In this document: one piece after another, positions 39,253 through 49,623 of the stretch | Layout: every line of letters begins with the position of its first letter | Numbering within the stretch: the stretch's first letter is position 1 | From: Candidatus Omnitrophota bacterium | Lineage (GTDB): Bacteria; Omnitrophota; Gorgyraeia; 2-01-FULL-45-10 | Assembly (NCBI GenBank): GCA_030695905.1 | Contig: JAUYOL010000036.1 | Span: 118,814-182,813 of the forward strand | Length of the DNA: 64,000 nt | Direction of reading: 5' to 3' | Made by a program: the position numbers and the translations under genes | The notes under the pieces: model-generated | Told to the model about the DNA's origin: nothing | Seen by the model: the letters and a program-made list of their open reading frames with translations, nothing else | The model's database searches: none

Positions 39253-40248
39253 CTAGTCCTTAACGAACAAAAAGCGCAAAATAAATTTTGAGTAAAGCTG
39301 ATTTACTAAAAATAACAGGACCTTATCCGATTCCGGGCCGGCCAAATAGTCTTTAAAATCCATCCATGAAACTTTCTTCATTTTCCTGATCTCTGCCGGC
39401 AGTCCAAAGCCCGCCACAATCGTATTTCTGGTTATTGCCGACAAGGCCTGCCCGCGGTAGATCACTATATCCTTCCCTCTATACTTTCCGGGAGCGCTTA
39501 ATGACAGGTCCTGAAAAAGCAATTCGGGCTCTGATAGGACACGGTCCATCATAGCGCCGGAAGCGGTATCCCCCCCTCCGGTAATTACGGCCAGGATGTT
39601 GTTTATGTAGCGCAGTATATCCTGCAAAAGCCGCTTTGTGATCTTCTCTTCTATCGGCATTGAATCATACTTATAGGCCGAAGCCCTGATAAAACTGTTT
39701 CCCGGTACATTACCGCTCAAGACCGCCCCCGGAGTTATTACCGTATGCGGCCCTATCGTGGTACACGGCAATATCACGGTAGACATACCTGTCCAGGAGC
39801 ATTCTCCTATAATTACATCGCCCTTCTTTGCGGGGTATCCCTGGACCCTCGGTAGGTATTCTCCGTGCGTATAGATAGTATTTCTCGGGCCAAAACAGGA
39901 ATAATCCTTCATAGTGATGGAGCAATTCGGGAAACATTCAATAAGGCATTGCACCGAAACAACATTCCTGTTTTCAGACTTAAAAGTTCCTTTGCCGTAA
40001 ATTTTCGTAAAAACCGCGATCCTGCTCTTTTGGCCCAGCCTAAACTCTTTTAGCAGGACAATCATGGTAAAAGGGTCTATACAGGCATCATCGCCGATAC
40101 TCAATTGATCTACCATGATAAAACTAAAAGCCCCTATCTTGACTCTTTTGCCGATCTTAAAGCCCATGCACCTCCACAACGCTATCTTCAGAAAAGCAGG
40201 GAGAAAAAAAGCGATAACCTGAATAAAATATTTAAAGTGTTTTTTCAT
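39253..40248 (-). CDS. Left-handed beta-helix (hexapeptide repeat) acyltransferase with C-terminal extension
   Basis: KIGKRVKIG, IGDDACID, IYTH, VIIGECSWTG..TVILP..TIG..VI..GAVL..NVP. Confidence 0.8.
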   Translation of the reverse strand: MKKHFKYFIQVIAFFLPAFLKIALWRCMGFKIGKRVKIGAFSFIMVDQLSIGDDACIDPFTMIVLLKEFRLGQKSRIAVFTKIYGKGTFKSENRNVVSVQCLIECFPNCSITMKDYSCFGPRNTIYTHGEYLPRVQGYPAKKGDVIIGECSWTGMSTVILPCTTIGPHTVITPGAVLSGNVPGNSFIRASAYKYDSMPIEEKITKRLLQDILRYINNILAVITGGGDTASGAMMDRVLSEPELLFQDLSLSAPGKYRGKDIVIYRGQALSAITRNTIVAGFGLPAEIRKMKKVSWMDFKDYLAGPESDKVLLFLVNQLYSKFILRFLFVKD

Positions 40249-40252
40249 ATGC

Positions 40253-41146
40253 CTACCTCGTTAACCATTCTTTTCTGCTGGAAGAGATCCTGATGATATC
40301 TCCCAGTACGCCGATCGCCAGTAAAAGCGTAACTACTACGCCAAAGATCATGTAATATAAAGAGAGGGTGTGCATCCTGAAAAGGGCCAGGGTCATGGCG
40401 GGGATACAGACAACGAAGATCATGCAAGCCGACAGGATTATGAAAAACTTTATCGGGTCAAAAAAGGTTATTCCCTGGACAATGTATTTGATGGTCCTAA
40501 TAGAATCGCGGCCATGCATCACCTTGCTCTTCCCTTTTCTAAATTTATACTGTATCGGAATATGCTTGATAAAGTATGACTTGCCCATTGCAAGAATGGT
40601 CAGGCTTGTCGTAAAAGAAAAAGTGCCGCATAAAAACGGGAAAAAATTTATGGCAAGGTCGCGCTTGAATATGCGGAACCCGCTGTTGGCATCCTCAATA
40701 TCGTCTTTTATGACGATCTTGATGATCTTTTTGAATATCCAGCGGGAAAACTTTTTGATGGGTTTATCGAGTTTGGCCGTATTCTTTCTTGACCCTATAA
40801 CCATGTCAAATCCGCTATCCATCTCTTTAACAAAATTCGGGATCTCCTCTACCGGATAACTTCCATCAGCGTCGATGATCCCGATCCAGTCATAGCGCGC
40901 GCGTTGAATACCGGACTTCAATGAATTGCCGTATCCGACATTTATAGGATGATTGACGAGGATGATGTTTTTGTAACTCTCGGCGATTTCCCTGGTCTTA
41001 TCATGAGAGCCGTCATTAACGACAATGATCTCATACGATATACCCAGCGTCTTTAAAGTTTTGTGCAGTCTCTCTGTCGTCTCGCCGATACCGTTCTCTT
41101 CGTTATAAGCCGGAACCACGTACGATATCCCGTGCATGTTATCCAT
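40253..41146 (-). CDS. GT2, polyprenol-phosphate glycosyltransferase (DPM1/ArnC-like) with two C-terminal TM helices
   Basis: VVPAYNEE, EIIVVNDGSHDKT, N.GYG, IIDADGSY, DMVIGSR, DANSGFR, RKGKSK, hydrophobic C-terminus. Confidence 0.9.
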   Translation of the reverse strand: MDNMHGISYVVPAYNEENGIGETTERLHKTLKTLGISYEIIVVNDGSHDKTREIAESYKNIILVNHPINVGYGNSLKSGIQRARYDWIGIIDADGSYPVEEIPNFVKEMDSGFDMVIGSRKNTAKLDKPIKKFSRWIFKKIIKIVIKDDIEDANSGFRIFKRDLAINFFPFLCGTFSFTTSLTILAMGKSYFIKHIPIQYKFRKGKSKVMHGRDSIRTIKYIVQGITFFDPIKFFIILSACMIFVVCIPAMTLALFRMHTLSLYYMIFGVVVTLLLAIGVLGDIIRISSSRKEWLTR

Positions 41147-41172
41147 ATCAGCTATTTTCCTTTCTGTAAGGT

Positions 41173-42276
41173 TTAACTCTCGGTAAGCTTCTTGTTCATC
41201 TTTAAATCCCTAAAATTTATTAGACGATCCCGTATGAATTCAAGGTTATGGCTTGGCAAGCAACCATCCTTGAAGCCTTTTAAATAATATTGGTCTTTAA
41301 GCATATTTTTTTGAATATCAACGAGACGATCTGATAACACATTGCCGTATATGATCTGTATGAGAGGGCACGAGGTAACATCGCCATAAGGATTGACGGC
41401 CATTTTTTCTCTGGCAGCGGGACAGCTTATTCTTCTCAAGCCGTTATAGTTGTCTATTCTTGTCATAGCATGAGTGCTTAATACCCACCTTATATACCAT
41501 TGCTCGTCCTTATTCAATAAAACTTCCATTTTCCCCGCCCAGTGACCAGTTACGCAAGGAGGGGTAATCATTAACAAGACATCCTTCTCTTCACTCAGTC
41601 GAACCAACCTTAGTAGATCTCCACTCAATATCTTGTCCCTGCTTCCCACCGTATTGTAGGCAACAACGAGGCCGAGCTTCTTCGCGGCATTCGTGTTCTC
41701 CATTATTTTTTTAAATGATCCTACCCCCCTGTTGGCATCATGAACAGATTCTACTGAACTGTCGAGCCCCATTTCAAACGAAGATAAACCCGCGTTTTTC
41801 ATCAGCTTCATGCGTTCCGGTGTAAAATAAAATCCATTCGTTGCCATATGAACATAGCACCGCCTATCGCGTATATACTGACAAAGCTCTCTTACTTCCT
41901 CAAAATACAACATTGGTTCGCCTCCATTTAAATTAAACTGGAAGGCGCCCATCTCTACAGCCTGCTCTATGCTTACCTTAAATTGCTCCAAAGAGAGCCT
42001 TTTTCTTCCCCGATCCCTATTTAATGCGCATGAGCATTGTTCGCATGAAAAGTTACACTCATAACCAACTGCTATCTCAAGTGAACGTAAAGGAAATTTG
42101 CCGCATAAGCTCATTAAATAATTTCTCAGCACTCTATCAAGGAGAAAACTATTTCTCACTACGATCTTCAGCCCCTGTCTGAGCCTGTTTCTCTTCATCC
42201 TTGACAATATTCGCCTGCGCTCAATAGGGCTGTCACACGCCTTTTTAAAAGTAGCGAACGATTCGTGGGGCATCAT
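41173..42276 (-). CDS. Radical SAM protein with SPASM/Twitch domain
   Basis: YECNFSCEQC, NGGEP, ATNG, GLDS..HDANRG, CPAAR...NPYGDVTSCP...GNV...GC. Confidence 0.88.
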   Translation of the reverse strand: MMPHESFATFKKACDSPIERRRILSRMKRNRLRQGLKIVVRNSFLLDRVLRNYLMSLCGKFPLRSLEIAVGYECNFSCEQCSCALNRDRGRKRLSLEQFKVSIEQAVEMGAFQFNLNGGEPMLYFEEVRELCQYIRDRRCYVHMATNGFYFTPERMKLMKNAGLSSFEMGLDSSVESVHDANRGVGSFKKIMENTNAAKKLGLVVAYNTVGSRDKILSGDLLRLVRLSEEKDVLLMITPPCVTGHWAGKMEVLLNKDEQWYIRWVLSTHAMTRIDNYNGLRRISCPAAREKMAVNPYGDVTSCPLIQIIYGNVLSDRLVDIQKNMLKDQYYLKGFKDGCLPSHNLEFIRDRLINFRDLKMNKKLTES

Positions 42277-42300
42277 TTTATTTCTCCACGATTAAGCGAC

Positions 42301-43224
42301 TCAGGGTATTGCATAAAATTGTACAAATCCGGTTTTTTTTAGCAACATGCAAACCATATTGATCGGCACGAGACCCATCATAAATAGCGAATAGTATTTA
42401 TTTCGGCCATGGACTAAACTCGTGTTATTCTTTAAATCAGTGCGATGTCTCTGAAGTAAATTTTGAAATGACAATGCAAAATGACTTGTATCCAATGGAT
42501 ATAAAATTTTAATGGTCTTAAAACCGGCTTCTTTCAGCAGACTCCTTAAATTCGAAGCATTAAACTGAAACGTGTGCCGCGGAACATGATTCCCTCCCCA
42601 ATACCTGCCGAACAGAAACCTGTCAAATGAATCAAAATTAGGCGCCTTGCCAAGCAGCGCTCCCTTATCTTTCAGAAGAGCCCTCGCTTTCTTCAGCTCA
42701 TTTAAAGGATTCAGTGTATGCTCTAAATAATTATTCATAAAGATCAGATCATAGCCGTGATTTTCTCTCTCAAGATCGGTAAAAACTCCTTTATGACAGG
42801 CTATACCTGCTTCACTTACAGCATTGACCGCTTTTTCGCTAAAGTCTATGCCTTCCAACTTGTAAAAACCCATACTCTTTAATTTTTTCAACAATAAACC
42901 GATACCGCATCCCACGTCGAGCACTCTCGACCCATAATCTGCGATGCCCCTAATCTCTCTTGCCGTAACCCATTCGCTTATTTTGTAAAAAATTGAATAG
43001 ATAGTGCCTTTTTGTTCCGGTACGGCAAAACCGTGATAGTCCACTTCATAAGATTCCATCAATTCCTGAATTGACGGAAAAGGATGAATTTGCACAGACG
43101 CACATTTTGAGCATTTTCTGTAATCGTAAGAGCCGGCAAATCCGTACTCCCAGTCCCTTATGTTATTGACAATGACCATGAAATCAGTTCCGCCGCATAT
43201 TTTACAACAATATGTAAGGTTCAT
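42301..43224 (-). CDS. Class I methyltransferase with N-terminal Zn ribbon
   Basis: CKICG...CSKC, VLDVGCGIG, GIDFS, YDLIFM..YLEH..NP, HVPRH. Confidence 0.88.
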   Translation of the reverse strand: MNLTYCCKICGGTDFMVIVNNIRDWEYGFAGSYDYRKCSKCASVQIHPFPSIQELMESYEVDYHGFAVPEQKGTIYSIFYKISEWVTAREIRGIADYGSRVLDVGCGIGLLLKKLKSMGFYKLEGIDFSEKAVNAVSEAGIACHKGVFTDLERENHGYDLIFMNNYLEHTLNPLNELKKARALLKDKGALLGKAPNFDSFDRFLFGRYWGGNHVPRHTFQFNASNLRSLLKEAGFKTIKILYPLDTSHFALSFQNLLQRHRTDLKNNTSLVHGRNKYYSLFMMGLVPINMVCMLLKKTGFVQFYAIP

Positions 43225-44726
43225 TCTCTAAACCGTGAAGTAAACCAGTAAAATAGTTTATATTCCACCAGCATCGCTGTTATACCGAACACGAATCGAA
43301 TCTTAGCTATGGGCCCGTAAAAAAATGAAATAAGGCGTAGTATTTTAAATCTTGCCGTTTCCCCCGTGTTTACCTTGTATACTTTTTTGTCTATAAAAAA
43401 CGATGCTATCTGCATCATATTGATCATAGCGGCCAACTCTTTCGTGTACCATGGCGGCCTATAATCTCCCTCTGATTCCATTTCAATCCAACCTTCAAGC
43501 TTCTGTGGTTTAACATATCCGTACTTCAGGGAAAGATCATATAGTTCAGTACTCGGCAATGGCCGATATTTATTTGGCATAAATATGAGCGCGCTCGGGT
43601 TATCCACGATAAGCCTCATTATCAGCTTCCTGGTCTCGTGCAGATCATTAAGGGTCTCTCCGGGTAAACCTATTATCCAATTGTATGCCGTTCTTATCTT
43701 GGGATGCCTTGCCATCTTCCTGTTCACGTTTATTATATCTCGGACAGTGCAATTTTTATTAATAAGGTCCAGGATCTTTTGGGAACCCGATTCGGCCCCT
43801 ATATGCAATATATTTGTACCGACATCTGCCAACTTATCTAGGTACTTGTCGCTCATCTTGCTGATCTCATTTATCCTGGCGCCTCTGAATCCAAGGCGGA
43901 TGACAATACCTCTTTTATTCATCTCATCTATGATGTTTTCGACGTGATCGAGGTCAACGAATGAGTCATCGTCGATAAAATATATATACGTTGCGCCATA
44001 CTTATTCTTTACGTACTCTATATGACCGACTATCTCATCTAAAGGTATTGGAACATATTTCTTCTTAAAATTTTTATACTGCGCTGGCGAAGAACAAAAG
44101 GCGCATTTATACGGACAGCCCATAACGCTGTACATGGAGAAGATGCGCTCCTTACTGTCCAACTGACTGTAACGATCGAGATCTTTTCTTATCAAATCGT
44201 ATGGAATTTCTTTGTAACTAAAGGCCTCGAAGTTGTTTTCGGGCGGCACCTCCACAACGGCGTCATTGTCTCTGTATACAAGCCCCTTGATACCGGATAG
44301 TTCGGCCGCCGAACCGTTCTTGGCAATGCTGCCGGCAAGCAAGGCCAACGGCATGGAGCCATAACCGTTTATTGCGAAATCAACACCCTCTTCACCCATT
44401 ATCTCCCGGCCGTTAAATGTAGCGTGCGGGCCTCCCCAGACGACCTTCATCCGCGGATAGCGTCTTTTAATCCATCTGGTTATCTCCAAGGCGCTTCTGA
44501 TTGGGGCGCCGGTCATAACGCTGATACCGGCAAGGATGGTATCGGGAGTGATCTTCGAAGCTATGGCTTCCTCCCAGCCTTTAGGATGCAGCCTCACGTC
44601 TACGATATTGATCTCGAATCCCGCCTTTATCGAGTCAATGGCAGCGTAGAGCAGGCTTAACGGTATGTGCTGAACCAGCGTCCCCGCCATACCCATTTTC
44701 GGATATATCAGCAATATTTTCTTCAT
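43221..44726 (-). CDS. Cobalamin-binding radical SAM protein
   Basis: ILLIYP, PLSLLY, WGGPHAT, GCPYKCAFC, FIDDDSF, GAESGS, IGLPGET. Confidence 0.92.
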   Translation of the reverse strand: MKKILLIYPKMGMAGTLVQHIPLSLLYAAIDSIKAGFEINIVDVRLHPKGWEEAIASKITPDTILAGISVMTGAPIRSALEITRWIKRRYPRMKVVWGGPHATFNGREIMGEEGVDFAINGYGSMPLALLAGSIAKNGSAAELSGIKGLVYRDNDAVVEVPPENNFEAFSYKEIPYDLIRKDLDRYSQLDSKERIFSMYSVMGCPYKCAFCSSPAQYKNFKKKYVPIPLDEIVGHIEYVKNKYGATYIYFIDDDSFVDLDHVENIIDEMNKRGIVIRLGFRGARINEISKMSDKYLDKLADVGTNILHIGAESGSQKILDLINKNCTVRDIINVNRKMARHPKIRTAYNWIIGLPGETLNDLHETRKLIMRLIVDNPSALIFMPNKYRPLPSTELYDLSLKYGYVKPQKLEGWIEMESEGDYRPPWYTKELAAMINMMQIASFFIDKKVYKVNTGETARFKILRLISFFYGPIAKIRFVFGITAMLVEYKLFYWFTSRFRE

Positions 44727-46882
44727 TTTAAGTACTCATACAATGTATATTCGTCATTCGAAAATACAGCCTTAAAATTCCTTCCCCGTAGATCAACCGG
44801 ACAACCCGGCGATGACAATATATGGGTCGCGGAGTATCTATCTATAATCTTCAGCCTTAAATCGGGAGGCGCGTCCTTTTTATAAAAAGTGACAATATCG
44901 TCAAATCTCTCGTCATGATCTTTAAAAAATACAAACGCGTAAGCATATCTTTCCATGACTACATCCCTATACGCAAACCCCGAAAAATAGGCGTAATACG
45001 GAGATCTTCCCAGGTTGTGCAATATCATAGAGCCGGATGGCGTATCCTTCTTTACATACTCAATAACGTCATAGAGCTTTCTATCCACATTAAGCTTCTC
45101 GTAAGGCACGGCAAACATTGAATAGTTGAACCATAACACAATAATTGTTAGGAACGATATGGTCGCACTTTTTAATAAAGCGCTTACTTTTTGAAATTGA
45201 AAATACCCGCCCGATAGGACAATGTCGATCACCATCAAGACCACCGCAAGAAGCGCCACGACAGGCATATACAATGCTATAATGCCAGGCTTGTGGGAAA
45301 TAAAGTAATTTACCAGGAGCAGGGCCATGTATATCCATGTCAGGACGCTCACAAAATAAGCTTTGGAACTGCTTTTTGATATAAAGAAATAATAAATGGG
45401 AATGATAGAAAAATATCCGAATAAACAGAATGAAACATAAGCGCTGCCTGCTATCGCGATAAGCACCATGTAGGGCATGCACATCACCGCTATGGCCGGC
45501 CTGCTGGAAATACTAGGGGCTGCACATATCCCCAAAAAGGTATTCATAAAATAAGGCCTGGATTTTGTCTTTGATACGAAAGAACAGGCGTAAATACCGC
45601 CTGCCATGCTTGCCAAATTAGTGTCGGAATGAATAAATGTTGAGGCAGCCTTATAGATCAGCTTGAGGAAGGACAGATCGTTGATGTAGGACTGAAGAGC
45701 GACCGCATTGGGGTAAAAACTGCGTATTGAGATCCGTAATTCTCCAAAAACAAACGCATAGTCCTTGAATACGGTAGCCAGCACGGCCATTGAGCCTGCG
45801 ACCGCAAATGCCCATATCGATACGAAATATATCCTGCGTCTTCGGTCTAATCGGGAGTAAAGGAGACAGATGAGAAGAGATAATAAAAATATTCCTACAG
45901 AGATGATATGCAGGGAGAAACCGATAAGGCATAGGAGGAGTACCGGCGTTATGTATGAACGGGTGTTAATATCTTTTTTTAACAGTGTCTGGCCGGAAAA
46001 ATAGATTTTCATGGCGGTCAAAAGATATATCCAGGATAAAAATGTATGCAGAGCGGTAATACTATTCCCTAACAACGAGTTGTGCTGCCTTGCATAGGAA
46101 AATACCGCGAGTATGATCAAACCGAGAAAAATAGTATTCCAGGGGTCGGTGAATTCGATTTTAGCGAGAACTCCCCTTTTAAAAATGGGCAAAAGAGAGA
46201 TACAGAACAACATAAGTATCAAGAAGACGGGAAAGATCACGCTGTGGAACAATACGATATCCGTTCCGGAGAATTTAACAAAAATACCTTCGAATATTTC
46301 CAATAGTGACGGAAGGGCGGACAGGTTTATCCCGCCGTACAGGGATATCTTATAACCATGGATAAAACTTCCGACATGCCTGACAAGGCTGGAAATAGTG
46401 GCATAATATTGCGACGAATCGGAAGGGTACGGAGCTATTATAACATGGTCCGAAAAGAAGCTGTAGATCCTGAAGCTGTTTTTGGAGATAATAGTAAAGA
46501 GCCCTGAGAAGATGATCGCAAAAGCATAGCTTACTTTTGAACCACTTATATCTATTTTACCCGGCGAAGACCGCCTCAGCGCAATGTAAGCATATGAAAA
46601 AAGAAGCAGCGCAGCATTGCTTGCATAGTTTATGCCAAAGATAAAATTGACTATGGCGATTACCGGTATTGCCAGTAAGATCTTGACTACAGACAGGAAG
46701 GTCTCTTCAATATGTAACCTTTTATCGAACAATAGGTTATAGCATGAATGGCCTATTGGAAATACAAAGAAAACAAGGAAAATATAAAAATACGCTGCCG
46801 AAAATGGATCGATGCACCTGAATGCAATCAGGATAGTAAAGTTAATCCAATATACGGCTGAGAAGAATAATAGTTGTGTCAT
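44723..46882 (-). CDS. Large polytopic membrane protein with C-terminal soluble domain, probable GT-C fold
   Basis: Many TM segments, YPSDSSQYY acidic loop, C-terminal domain (YVKKDTP..SMILHN...SGFAYR...RYSATHI...VFSNDEYTLY) resembling periplasmic domains of GT-C enzymes. Confidence 0.6.
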   Translation of the reverse strand: MTQLLFFSAVYWINFTILIAFRCIDPFSAAYFYIFLVFFVFPIGHSCYNLLFDKRLHIEETFLSVVKILLAIPVIAIVNFIFGINYASNAALLLFSYAYIALRRSSPGKIDISGSKVSYAFAIIFSGLFTIISKNSFRIYSFFSDHVIIAPYPSDSSQYYATISSLVRHVGSFIHGYKISLYGGINLSALPSLLEIFEGIFVKFSGTDIVLFHSVIFPVFLILMLFCISLLPIFKRGVLAKIEFTDPWNTIFLGLIILAVFSYARQHNSLLGNSITALHTFLSWIYLLTAMKIYFSGQTLLKKDINTRSYITPVLLLCLIGFSLHIISVGIFLLSLLICLLYSRLDRRRRIYFVSIWAFAVAGSMAVLATVFKDYAFVFGELRISIRSFYPNAVALQSYINDLSFLKLIYKAASTFIHSDTNLASMAGGIYACSFVSKTKSRPYFMNTFLGICAAPSISSRPAIAVMCMPYMVLIAIAGSAYVSFCLFGYFSIIPIYYFFISKSSSKAYFVSVLTWIYMALLLVNYFISHKPGIIALYMPVVALLAVVLMVIDIVLSGGYFQFQKVSALLKSATISFLTIIVLWFNYSMFAVPYEKLNVDRKLYDVIEYVKKDTPSGSMILHNLGRSPYYAYFSGFAYRDVVMERYAYAFVFFKDHDERFDDIVTFYKKDAPPDLRLKIIDRYSATHILSSPGCPVDLRGRNFKAVFSNDEYTLYEYLK
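45245..45610. repeat. Degenerate intragenic tandem duplication (about 195-210 bp unit)
   Basis: 45251-45302 aligns with 45461-45512 at 33/52 identities by eye (offset 210), and the 45351 block aligns with the 45546 block (offset 195); the protein repeat is visible too. Confidence 0.7.
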
Positions 46883-48180
46883 AATTTATGCTCTTGTACG
46901 CTTTTTGGCCTCAAAATGTGCAATCTTGACAAGATCTGAAATACGCCAAACGAAAAACATACCAGTAGTAACTGCTCTATGCTGCAACGGTGTCTTCCAT
47001 CAATAAAATAAAAACTGTGCAATAGCGAATACGACGAAAAAAGAAGTAGCATCAGGACCGCTATAGGCCGATATTTACTGATACCCATAGCCAGCACAAT
47101 ACCAATGATCGACACGGGAAGGATAATGGAATAATACATCCTATACCACTTAAGATAAGAAGCCGGATAACGCAATCCAGATTGAGGCGAAAACCACCAG
47201 AAGTAATAAAATTTTTTCGCAGTTCTGCCTATAAACCGGTAAGGATACTGTCGAATATAATCGAATGCCGTTGCCCTGAAGAGGTCTGTCTGCCCTGCCT
47301 CATCAAGACTGAGCAGCTTTTGTCTAAAAGCCTCGGGACTGGCTTCAACCCCGGACATTCCCAAAGCCACAGTGGCCGTACCTGAGCTTTGCGGGTTATT
47401 CCCGAGCCAGAATCCCCACCATTGGTTCGATTGAATAAAGACCGGCCTTTTAAAAACGATCGTATTGCGAACGACCCATGGCGAAACTATGATGACCACC
47501 GACACTATACTGATGAGTATTATTTTTTTCGCCTCTTCCCTGTTGCGGGAAAAGAAATAAAGCCAGAACCACGCAAGAATAAAGAATGGCAGGAACATCG
47601 CCCTCTCCAGAACACAGAAACCGGTACACAGGCCCAGTAAGACTTTATAGCGTATTTTGCAATCATCTGAGCATATAACAAGCAGAAGAACCGAACTGCA
47701 AATAAGAAATGAGTAGAAGGCGATCGGGTGCAGCTTTGTTGAAGAATATACAATCGAAGCTGGGTGCAGCGCCGCAAATGTCGTTGCAAGATAAGCACAC
47801 TTCAAATCACAAAACCTTTTAGCCAGAAAGAATAGCACGACGCAGGTTGCGGCACTAAAAGCTATCTGAAGAATGATCGTAAGGGCATGATGATGCCCGA
47901 AAAGAATATATGCCAGGGCGCACAACGCCGGATATAAAGGCGCGACACCTGCGCGTTGGACCGTATTCAGGGTTTCATACATAAAGCCCTTCCCGAGTAT
48001 CATATTTTCCGCCACAAGCTCATATTCAAATATCTGGATCTCCGAATTGGCCTGATAATATAAAAAGCACCCGACCCGTACGATTATCGCAACAAAGATA
48101 ATTCCGAAGAGCGCCAATAGCTCTCCGCGTGCCTTACCCTTACTATAAATAGGATTATTTTTTAGCATAGTCTCTATCAT
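46879..48180 (-). CDS. ArnT/PMT-like (GT83/GT39) membrane glycosyltransferase
   Basis: EYELVAENMILGKG...APLYP, ILQIAFSAAT, ALHP, PWVVRN, GNNP, RHR near the C-terminus. Confidence 0.8.
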   Translation of the reverse strand: MIETMLKNNPIYSKGKARGELLALFGIIFVAIIVRVGCFLYYQANSEIQIFEYELVAENMILGKGFMYETLNTVQRAGVAPLYPALCALAYILFGHHHALTIILQIAFSAATCVVLFFLAKRFCDLKCAYLATTFAALHPASIVYSSTKLHPIAFYSFLICSSVLLLVICSDDCKIRYKVLLGLCTGFCVLERAMFLPFFILAWFWLYFFSRNREEAKKIILISIVSVVIIVSPWVVRNTIVFKRPVFIQSNQWWGFWLGNNPQSSGTATVALGMSGVEASPEAFRQKLLSLDEAGQTDLFRATAFDYIRQYPYRFIGRTAKKFYYFWWFSPQSGLRYPASYLKWYRMYYSIILPVSIIGIVLAMGISKYRPIAVLMLLLFSSYSLLHSFYFIDGRHRCSIEQLLLVCFSFGVFQILSRLHILRPKSVQEHKL

Positions 48181-48841
48181 TTGACGGTCCGGACACTTTG
48201 TATTTTACAAAATGCCCTATCTCATATAAACTGCTGAGCAAGGGTGGCCTCATTTCTACCATCTTAACCTTTTTAAGCGTCTTTTCCGCTGCTGCGAAAA
48301 TCTGCTTTTCGGTGGAAAGATGCAGCTTCCCGATATCATAACCCAATACCCAGAATAAAAATTTCATAAACGGCCTGTATACCGGAGCGCCATATATGAC
48401 CTGCCCGCCGTCTTTAACTACCCTCGCTATCTCTTTAAACACCTGTTCTTGCTGGTCCGGACCCAGATGCTCAAGTATTGAGATGAGTAATACACTGTCA
48501 AAATAGCCGTCCTGATAAGGCATATTCAGGACATTCCCGTTCCTAAGGATCGTTTTGATCTTTAATTTTTCGAATACCCCGGAAACTGTCTCAATGTCAG
48601 CATCTAAATCCAACCCATGAATCTCTTCGTATTTTTCGCTGAGATTTAAAAATGTCACGCCCGAACCAAACCCTACCTCTAGAATCCTATTCCCGCCCGT
48701 CAGTTCGGACAAACAAAGCTCGATCCTTCTCCTGTAAAGACTGCCTATAAACGGTAATCTGTAAAATTTTATCGGGTCGGATGGGCCCGCTTTTATATAA
48801 CTGCCTGAGGGAAGCATCTTCAGCCGACATTTTATCTTCAT
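48155..48841 (-). CDS. Class I SAM-dependent methyltransferase
   Basis: ILEVGFGSG, GLD, MPYQDGYFD, SILEHL, RVVKDGG. Confidence 0.88.
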   Translation of the reverse strand: MKIKCRLKMLPSGSYIKAGPSDPIKFYRLPFIGSLYRRRIELCLSELTGGNRILEVGFGSGVTFLNLSEKYEEIHGLDLDADIETVSGVFEKLKIKTILRNGNVLNMPYQDGYFDSVLLISILEHLGPDQQEQVFKEIARVVKDGGQVIYGAPVYRPFMKFLFWVLGYDIGKLHLSTEKQIFAAAEKTLKKVKMVEMRPPLLSSLYEIGHFVKYKVSGPSNDRDYAKK

Positions 48842-48847
48842 ATTGAT

Positions 48848-49576
48848 TTATTTCCTTGCTCTTATGTACAACGACCCTGAAATCTCCGATACAAGTGGAA
48901 TTTTTTCAGCCAGGTTGCATATGGGACGAATAAATGCTAATAAAGACTTGGGAATGTGAGGGTGCAGAAAATCAAAAGGAGTAATGATTATATCAGTAAA
49001 ACCCGCTGTCCTCAATCTTTTTCTCAGGTCCCATTTGAAAAAAGCTGTTTCATGTGCGGAATCTCCCAGCATCTTTTTTATAAGAGGTACGTTTTTTTGT
49101 ATAAAGACCTGGGGATTCATCATATTCGGCTCCGTAAAAAATATCGAACCGCCTTTCTTCAACACCCTGTACAGCTCCCTGATGGCCTCGTTCGGATCCA
49201 GGTGGTGCAAGATGGAACTGCCTAAAATCGTGTCGAACGTATTTTCTGGAAAAGTAATGGAATGAGCGTTTTCTATCTTGAATGTGACATTCATTTCATT
49301 AACGGCCGATCTCGCTATATCTATAAGATCCGGAGATATGTCGATTGCGGTGACCATGGCACGTGTTTTTGCCAATTCCTTGGTTAAGTACCCCGTACCG
49401 CAGCCTATTTCGAGTACATGCATTGACGAAGTTATGTGTTTCGTAAGCATGCCTATGCGCCTGCTCCAACGCTCTTTTCCGGCCGGCGTGTCCCAATTCC
49501 ATATATATCCGGCCCCGCGCATTGCTAAAAACTTTCCATGTCTAACTTCGTTTAACAGCCTATCCTCTTTCAGCAT
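48848..49576 (-). CDS. Class I SAM-dependent methyltransferase
   Basis: VLEIGCGTG, AIDIS, FPENTFD, SILHHL, RVLKKGG, EPN. Confidence 0.9.
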   Translation of the reverse strand: MLKEDRLLNEVRHGKFLAMRGAGYIWNWDTPAGKERWSRRIGMLTKHITSSMHVLEIGCGTGYLTKELAKTRAMVTAIDISPDLIDIARSAVNEMNVTFKIENAHSITFPENTFDTILGSSILHHLDPNEAIRELYRVLKKGGSIFFTEPNMMNPQVFIQKNVPLIKKMLGDSAHETAFFKWDLRKRLRTAGFTDIIITPFDFLHPHIPKSLLAFIRPICNLAEKIPLVSEISGSLYIRARK

Positions 49577-49623
49577 TATGTAATATCCGCCTTTGCCGTT
49601 AAGATATGACGATAAAAGTATTT

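Noticed and set aside
36861-42276. SPASM radical SAM proteins as RiPP maturases, with the 60-aa ORF 40245-40427 as precursor
   Set aside because: The small ORF is an alternate frame inside the GT2 gene, there is no RRE, peptidase-transporter or free-standing short ORF, and the context is entirely glycan-related.
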